Positions 56,858-63,014 of a stretch of 63,014 bases of DNA are shown here, one piece after another (position 1 is the first letter of the stretch; every line of letters starts with the position of its first letter). This DNA is from a candidate division WS1 bacterium (GTDB lineage Bacteria > Armatimonadota > Zipacnadia > Zipacnadales > UBA5352), in contig JAAYJW010000193.1 in NCBI GenBank assembly GCA_012522765.1, positions 1-63,014 of the forward strand, read 5' to 3'. The notes beneath the pieces were generated by a model. That model made no database searches. It was not told the origin of the DNA and saw only the letters and a list, made by a program, of their open reading frames with translations. Position numbers and translations under genes: made by a program.

Positions 56858-56960
56858 CGGTTGGGTCGGCGACTAATCTCATTGGAAAAGAGGAATCCAG
56901 ACTATGGCGCTGCGAATACTACCGTAACAGCAAAGCTGGAGGTCCGGGAGGGGTGCGCTC

Positions 56961-57767
56961 ATGCTGCACGGGAACCGGCACGGCTTCGCCATCACCGTAG
57001 TTGTGGCTCTCTTACTGCTCACTGTCGGCCTCTTCAATGGCAGCCCCGTCTGCGAGGCCGTCAGGTACTGGTGGATCTGGGCGCCCAATCCTCCCCCACC
57101 GCCGACGCAGGGCAGCATGGCGCTCATCCCCATTGATGTCTCTGGCGCCACAGTGACCGGCAGTATCCACTACAGCAATGGCCATCTCGGCGACTCTGGC
57201 AGACAGGACCTGCCTCTGCGCCTGCTCTGCGTGGATGTCGGTGGGGTCGCCGCTTGCGTGGAAGATGGATACTGGTGCGAAGTGCTGCCGGATGAACGTA
57301 TTGCGGCCCGCGAGCGGGATGGCCGCCGGACTCTCGTTGCATACCTGCAGGTGAACCTTGCCCCTGGCGACCGCATTCCTCTGTGCCACCAGGAATTCGT
57401 CTTCGAGAGCGACGAAGCGGTGGAGCTTGATCTGCCCTTTGCCATTGAGCTGAAGGATGACGGGGTCGAAGGGTATCCTCTCACGTACAGCGCGTCTTTG
57501 GGAGAGATGCAGGCTGAGGCTTCGCAGCAATGGTGCGAGGCCGAATCGGCGTGGGATCCGCTGCTGAAGCTGCCCGATCAGGTGATTGTCACGCATGTGA
57601 TGGCGCACGGCAGATCAGGGGTCTGCTACGGAAACGTGGATGTTGCGGTGGATGGAAAGCCGCTCGACATGTCCGGCTTCACCGATGACCGCGGCACATG
57701 GCTGGTAACCGGCATGGAGGGCAGCCTGCTGTGCGAGTTCCTCGCGAATGGGCCGGTAATGCCCTGA
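56961..57767 (+). CDS. Exported hypothetical protein (268 aa)
   Basis: N-terminal hydrophobic segment, Pro-rich linker, GGAGG RBS; no family recognised. Confidence 0.55.
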   Translation: MLHGNRHGFAITVVVALLLLTVGLFNGSPVCEAVRYWWIWAPNPPPPPTQGSMALIPIDVSGATVTGSIHYSNGHLGDSGRQDLPLRLLCVDVGGVAACVEDGYWCEVLPDERIAARERDGRRTLVAYLQVNLAPGDRIPLCHQEFVFESDEAVELDLPFAIELKDDGVEGYPLTYSASLGEMQAEASQQWCEAESAWDPLLKLPDQVIVTHVMAHGRSGVCYGNVDVAVDGKPLDMSGFTDDRGTWLVTGMEGSLLCEFLANGPVMP

Positions 57768-57826
57768 TGGTACGCGCAGCGACAGCGGCCGGAGCCGCTG
57801 TCGCCATGCCTGCGTGAAGTGCCTCT

Positions 57827-58774
57827 CTACTGGGGCGGGGCCTGCTGTCGCGCTGCTCGTCGCCGGCCGACCCAGCGGCGGATCAGCGCGATGACGATCA
57901 GAAGCGGCACCCAGACGACCGCACCGGTGATGACGATGTAGATCAGCGCCGTCACTATCCACTGCACCGCGCCCACCAGTCCGCGCCAGGCGCCTCGCAG
58001 GTGGTAGAGGATCCGCCAGCCCGCGGTCTCCTGCACCGGTGCCTCGCCGTATTCGTGCAGCGACAGCGTCAGCGTGGAGTATCCGACCTGGTCCTTGAGG
58101 TAGCGGAGGCGGCCCTGGTGGCCCTCAATCTGCCCACGCACCTCCGTCAGTCGCTGCTCGACCTGCAGAAGCTCCTCGACGGTGTCCGCCTCATTGAACA
58201 TCTCCCGCACCCGCTGCTCCTGCGCCTGCAGGTTCGCTATGCGCCGCTCGAGGTCCATGTATTCTTCGGTGACGTCCTGGCCTCCGAGGTGATCGCGCTC
58301 GACTTTGCCCAGCGCCTTCACCGCATCGTATACAACGCGGAACTGCGCCGATGGCACCCGGGCGACGATCTGCGCCTGCCGGCTCGTATCGTAGTCATTC
58401 ACCGTGAGAGAGCTGATGAAGCCGCCGGCGCGGTCTACGCTATCGAGCACACTCTTCTGCGCCTCGTCGAGGTTCTCCACCTCAAGATCGACTTCGGCGG
58501 TCTTGATGACCTTCCGATCGCCGGCAGCCTCGGCCGCCGCGATCATCGCCATGGCCGATTCGGTATCGCCCGTTGCAGCGATGTCTGCGCCCTCGGTCGC
58601 CGCGGCGTCCATGCGCTCCATCGGAGCCGACGGTGGCGGAGCGGCCTCCTCAGCAATCTCCGGCGGGATCGCCTTCTCACTCTGCTGCAGGCCACAGCCG
58701 CCGACTGTCGCGAACGTAACCAGCACCGCCACCAGCGCGAGATGGAAGATGGGCAACCGCTTGAGCCGGTTCAT
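57827..58774 (-). CDS. DUF4349 domain lipoprotein
   Basis: Lipobox VGG-C; RKVIKTA.V.LEV, ARVPS..F, DVTE.Y.D...RI.NL, L.VE..L..VR..IE motifs and a C-terminal TM. Confidence 0.88.
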   Translation of the reverse strand: MNRLKRLPIFHLALVAVLVTFATVGGCGLQQSEKAIPPEIAEEAAPPPSAPMERMDAAATEGADIAATGDTESAMAMIAAAEAAGDRKVIKTAEVDLEVENLDEAQKSVLDSVDRAGGFISSLTVNDYDTSRQAQIVARVPSAQFRVVYDAVKALGKVERDHLGGQDVTEEYMDLERRIANLQAQEQRVREMFNEADTVEELLQVEQRLTEVRGQIEGHQGRLRYLKDQVGYSTLTLSLHEYGEAPVQETAGWRILYHLRGAWRGLVGAVQWIVTALIYIVITGAVVWVPLLIVIALIRRWVGRRRAARQQAPPQ

Positions 58775-58859
58775 CTGCGACTCCTCCAGTGGGCGAATTC
58801 GCATGCTGTCACCGCGTAGGACGCGCCGGAAGCACCTTCAGTTCCATCCCCCTCGCGAT

Positions 58860-59285
58860 TCAGGAGCCGCTACGCAGCAGCGGAAGCGCGTCCGGCGACA
58901 TCTCCCGCCTCAGCGATATCGGCAGCACCTGCAGGACGATCTCGGTCAGGTAGAGCACGATCGTCTCCGGTTCGAGGTGCCCGGCTATTGTGGTATCGCA
59001 ATCGGAGGCAGTAATGTGCGCGTGGACACTTCCGCCGGCAATCAGCCCGGTGAGCGAGCAAAGCTCCATCGGCCCCTCGTGGACGATGTAGCGGTTCTTC
59101 GGCGGCAACTCGCACCACTCGCCAACATGGACATGCGTGCGCTGCAGCGCGCCGAAGCCGGTGACGATGGCGGCGGTGTCCAGCGCCTCGTCATCGGCCA
59201 CCTGCTGCAGCGACTCGAGCAGCAGGTCGCCGTGGTCGAGACGCACCACGATGGTACCGCGGTCGTCAGATATGAAGCGCTCCAT
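58860..59285 (-). CDS. PPC/DUF296 domain protein
   Basis: VRL..GD.L..SL, G.G.L, EL.SLTG.I and HAHI......GHL motifs. Confidence 0.85.
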   Translation of the reverse strand: MERFISDDRGTIVVRLDHGDLLLESLQQVADDEALDTAAIVTGFGALQRTHVHVGEWCELPPKNRYIVHEGPMELCSLTGLIAGGSVHAHITASDCDTTIAGHLEPETIVLYLTEIVLQVLPISLRREMSPDALPLLRSGS

Positions 59286-59286
59286 C

Positions 59287-59523
59287 TCAGCCCAGCCGCT
59301 TCCAGGTCATGTTGACGATCTCCGAGTTGCGGAAGGTGAAGGTCTTCTGCCAGAGGCTTTCCGAGCCGCCGACGCGTACACGGCACCTGGTGACAAGGCG
59401 GCCGTCGCCGTCATCGTTCAGTTCGTCCTGCAGCACCTCGCACTCGCGCAATTCCTCACCGTAGTGGCTCCTGAGATAGGCGCCGACTTTCTGCTCGATC
59501 TGTGTCTGGTCAAGTGTGGGCAT
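59287..59523 (-). CDS. Small hypothetical protein (78 aa)
   Basis: GGAGG RBS before ATG 59523; stop abuts the PPC gene start. Confidence 0.6.
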   Translation of the reverse strand: MPTLDQTQIEQKVGAYLRSHYGEELRECEVLQDELNDDGDGRLVTRCRVRVGGSESLWQKTFTFRNSEIVNMTWKRLG

Positions 59524-59682
59524 GACTGGCCCTCCATTCAAGCGGATATTGCCGCTACGGGCACTCGCGATTGTGCACACTCTTTCGCTTCGAACGCTCC
59601 CATGACCTGCCTCATGGAGGAGCCGGTCGGTCCCGTGGCGAAGAGTGCGCCACCGATTGAAGCCGATCCGAGGTGTGAGACG

Positions 59683-62600
59683 ATGCGTTTTCTGATGACG
59701 GTCGCCCTGCTGATGCTTCTCATGACTACCGCGTGCATGGCACAGACGGATCACCTGCTTTTCCGTGCCTCATTTGATGAAGCGCTCACGGCGGAGGTAG
59801 CCAACGGCGATCCCGAACCGGTATGGGCCCGTGGCGGCACGAAGATTGTCGAGGATGGCCAGCAGGATTCCTGCGCGGCCGTGCCTGATGGCGGAAGCCT
59901 GAGCTATGAAGCCCCCGGTAACGTCTACTGGGAGCGCGGCACTCTCAGCTTCTGGTGGCGATGCGACGATGCAGTCGGCCAGACCGAGTTCACCGTCGCC
60001 AGCCTCGGATCGTTCTACCACTTCTACTACGGCCGCTGGTTGCGCCTCTACTCCCTCGGCGGGCGGCTCTACATGCATATCTGGGACTGGCATCATGATG
60101 GGACACGCCTTTCGGTAAGCTCCGGCGAGTTCCTGCCACAGCAGGGCGAGTGGTATCACATAGCGATGGGCTGGGATGCGGCGAAGGGTTTCGCTCTCTA
60201 CATCAACGGCGAACAGATCGGAAGCTCAGATCGCGCCTTCTACCTGCCGCTGAACATAAACCAGATCGGCCTCGGCGTCTCGGCGGTCGCGAGTCATGCC
60301 AAGGCCTCTTCGACCCGCTCCCAGCGATTCGACGAAGTGCGCATCTTCGACCGCTGGCTCGATGACGCGCAGATCGCGGCACTGTCCACCGGCGAGGATG
60401 TGCGAGTGGGGCCGGCGCTGGACCAGGAGGCAATCGCCACCCATCGTGTCGAGAGCCTCGGAATGCACACCGGCCATGGGATGCCGATCGCACCCGACGA
60501 TGGTGAGACGCTGATCGTGACAGAGCCGCAGGTCGTGACCGCGAAGGACGTTCTCCGGACGCAGATGACGGGCCTCGACGGCAATCTCGCGAGCAAGTGG
60601 CCCTCGGGCATGCGCTACTCAACTGAGGGTCTGCGCTATGATGTGGAGATGGCGGGCGAGGCCGTCAACTATGTGGCGATGACCGCCAGCCATGAGGGCC
60701 GGGTGCAGCTTGTTGAGGGCGACCGGGGGACGGTGGTGGCGGAACGCACGACCGATGATCCGTTCATCACCCGCGAGTTGCTCGAACAGCCGGTAGCCGT
60801 CGACTCCGCGCATGTAACGCGCGCGATCTCGGAGGAGGATCGCCGCCACGACGGCGCGTTGATCGACCTGCAGATGCTGCACGTAGCCACAGGACCGGCG
60901 ACGGAGGCCGGTGCACAAAGCAGCCCGCTGGGGCTGGCGGCGCTCGACCAGCTTGGCGCCACGGGAGCGGAAATCCACGGAGAGTATCCCGCTGCCGATC
61001 AGACGACGCTTACACCTGCGGCGGAGGCCGCGAGCGTGTCGCTCTCACCGATGCAGGTGCTGCACCTCACATCAGAGGCGGCGACAGAGCGCACAGGCAT
61101 CGGTAGCGTCGGTCTGCGGTTCGAGCTTGCCACGGAGGCCCCAACGGTGCGGGCACGGCTGGAGATGATGCACCCGCTGAACTACACGCGGCGGCAGATG
61201 ATCCTCGACTTCATCCCCGACGGCAGTGAGGTGTCGCTGGAGCTTGATAGCCGCGACCTCGTGCTGGAGCCGGGGCAGCGCATCCACCTCGCCCTGCACT
61301 TCACCGAGCCGGTGCAGCTATCGGCCGCCAGCATCTCCCCGCGGGAGATCCCGGTGCAGACGGCCGCTGAGCAGTACTTCCCCGATCAGTTGCGGATGAT
61401 GAAGATGTACTTCATGCGCCTGAGCGAGGCGCGGCCATGGGGATGGGATGCGAGCAAGATCAAGCTGCTGGGTGAGCTCTACACCTGCATGTATCAGTTG
61501 CGCGAGCTTCGCCCGGATGATGAGACCGTCATGGCCTACTACCACTGGACACACACGGGCGAGCCGAAGCCGGTGATGGACCTTCCCGCGGCGCCCGCGG
61601 GTGTGCCGGAGTGGGCGTGGTATCAGGTCAAGCTGCTGGAGATGTGCAAGAGCGTGCCGCAGTGGTGGATAGACAACCGGCAGATCGAGACCGGCGAGTT
61701 CGGCTCCAATGACGGCCCCAACGATGACTCAGTGCTCGTGCAGGACTTTGTGGGACTTCATCTGATGGACGGCCCGGATGAGAGGCTGCTGGAGAGCGCG
61801 CGGAAAGTCGGGCTGCTGACGTGGGGCCTGACGATGGAGAACGGTATGAACCGCCAGGTCACTGACCCGCTGCACGCCTATGAGTGGGGCGCGAACGTCA
61901 ACAACATGCTGGCGGTGATGGACTACGGCAATCCGCTGTGGTATGAGCGGATGCTGGAGATGGGCCAGCACTACGATGCCCTCACCGGCATTAACCCGCA
62001 GGGCCATCGGCACTACCGCTCGAACCGCTACGGCCTGTCGCAGATCGTCACGGAGGGCCGCTACGGCTGGGACACGACAAGTAACGCGCTCAACATGCAG
62101 TCGGCGGCTCTGCTCGGCTGGTACAGCGGTCACGACGATTCGCAGCGCTACATGACCGAGTGGGCCGACGCATGGATGGAAGATATCGTTGACCCCGAGG
62201 ATGGCCGCGGGCGCGCCTACACGGTGGAATTCGCGACGGGGAAGAAGGAGCCTCAGCGGCTGCTCAGCTACGCCTTCGCGCTCATCCCGTGGGCGTGCTA
62301 CGATCAGACCCGTGACGACCGCTATCTGCGCGCGCTATCGCTGGTGTGGGAGAGCGACCGGCGCCACTACGACGGCCCCACGCGCAGCATTGACGTGCTG
62401 CAGCAGCTTGTGACGCATACCGAGCGAGAGGATATCCGTGCAAACATCCTCGAAGTGATTTCGGGGATTGACCTGTGGAGTTCGCCCATTCGCTACACGG
62501 ACACTCGCCCCGAGTACAAGTACATGGAGTGGCTGCTGACCGGCGACGAGAGCGCGGTCACCGAGGCGCTCAAGGCAACTCTGTCGGACCTGACGTGGGA

Positions 62601-63014
62601 GCTTCCGATGTACACGACCGCCGAGCAGTCGCCGGATCGGCTCTGGCTACCGCAGCCGATCCTCAATCACATGATGCTTGGCGACATCTCCCTCCTGCGC
62701 AACCGCATCTACCCGCTGCACTGGGTGAGTTGGGAGAACACCGGCGGCAAGCTTGCCGCGTGGGTGCTGGAGAAGGATCCGAAGCACCTGCGCGTCTGGC
62801 TGGTGAACACTGGCGAGGAGGCGCTGAACCCGTTCATGCGCGTCTGGCGACTCGACCACGGGCAGTATGAGGCGCGCCTCGGAGCGGACGCGGACGGCGA
62901 TGGGCAGATTGATGCCGATGCCGCCACCGCAACGGCCACTCTCGGGCGTGGGAGCAGGATGCAGGTGCCGGAATTGGCTGCGAAGACCGTGATGGTGCTG
63001 GAGGTCACGCAGAC
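59683..63014 (+). CDS. Large secreted LamG-domain protein, 3'-truncated by the window edge (>1,100 aa)
   Basis: MRFLMTVALLMLLMTTACMA signal; GTLSFWW, WYHIAMGWD and FDEVRIFDR (LamG). In-frame wherever spot-checked through to the last codon; the long + frame is absent from the track, consistent with no stop in the window. Confidence 0.8.
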   Translation, partial: MRFLMTVALLMLLMTTACMAQTDHLLFRASFDEALTAEVANGDPEPVWARGGTKIVEDGQQDSCAAVPDGGSLSYEAPGNVYWERGTLSFWWRCDDAVGQTEFTVASLGSFYHFYYGRWLRLYSLGGRLYMHIWDWHHDGTRLSVSSGEFLPQQGEWYHIAMGWDAAKGFALYINGEQIGSSDRAFYLPLNINQIGLGVSAVASHAKASSTRSQRFDEVRIFDRWLDDAQIAALSTGEDVRVGPALDQEAIATHRVESLGMHTGHGMPIAPDDGETLIVTEPQVVTAKDVLRTQMTGLDGNLASKWPSGMRYSTEGLRYDVEMAGEAVNYVAMTASHEGRVQLVEGDRGTVVAERTTDDPFITRELLEQPVAVDSAHVTRAISEEDRRHDGALIDLQMLHVATGPATEAGAQSSPLGLAALDQLGATGAEIHGEYPAADQTTLTPAAEAASVSLSPMQVLHLTSEAATERTGIGSVGLRFELATEAPTVRARLEMMHPLNYTRRQMILDFIPDGSEVSLELDSRDLVLEPGQRIHLALHFTEPVQLSAASISPREIPVQTAAEQYFPDQLRMMKMYFMRLSEARPWGWDASKIKLLGELYTCMYQLRELRPDDETVMAYYHWTHTGEPKPVMDLPAAPAGVPEWAWYQVKLLEMCKSVPQWWIDNRQIETGEFGSNDGPNDDSVLVQDFVGLHLMDGPDERLLESARKVGLLTWGLTMENGMNRQVTDPLHAYEWGANVNNMLAVMDYGNPLWYERMLEMGQHYDALTGINPQGHRHYRSNRYGLSQIVTEGRYGWDTTSNALNMQSAALLGWYSGHDDSQRYMTEWADAWMEDIVDPEDGRGRAYTVEFATGKKEPQRLLSYAFALIPWACYDQTRDDRYLRALSLVWESDRRHYDGPTRSIDVLQQLVTHTEREDIRANILEVISGIDLWSSPIRYTDTRPEYKYMEWLLTGDESAVTEALKATLSDLTWELPMYTTAEQSPDRLWLPQPILNHMMLGDISLLRNRIYPLHWVSWENTGGKLAAWVLEKDPKHLRVWLVNTGEEALNPFMRVWRLDHGQYEARLGADADGDGQIDADAATATATLGRGSRMQVPELAAKTVMVLEVTQ

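Overview
A 63 kb, GC-rich chromosomal window. It is most likely from an Armatimonadota bacterium; this is inferred from three prepilin/DUF1559-type genes beginning [37 protein letters not shown]. Core genes include the translation cluster sigH, tRNA-Thr/Tyr/Thr, tuf, rpmG, tRNA-Trp, secE, nusG, rplKAJL, plus gatB, proAB, pyrF-pyrB-argG, argH, secG, two GT2/ArnT-like glycosyltransferase pairs and several large secreted LamG/TIM-barrel proteins. There is no rRNA, CRISPR array, integrase or transposase. The most unusual features are small accessory modules with no enzyme nearby that could have moved them. (1) Downstream of gatB is an array of three 116-aa MNT genes, two intact HEPN genes and one truncated HEPN gene, built around a 161-bp direct repeat. 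(2) A 1.27-kb lower-GC insertion is bounded by a 47-bp duplication of an oxidoreductase 3' end; it carries an RdmC-like esterase that ends in an integron attC-like hairpin. (3) A four-helix-bundle gene is bracketed by a perfect 31-bp inverted repeat made of GGCAATC-type units, and the same motifs recur at the entrance of the HEPN/MNT array. (4) A REP-doublet-like palindrome lies at 12.3-12.6 kb. Two genes carry apparent 1-bp deletions that may be assembly errors. A >1,100-aa ORF running off the right end is absent from the supplied ORF track.
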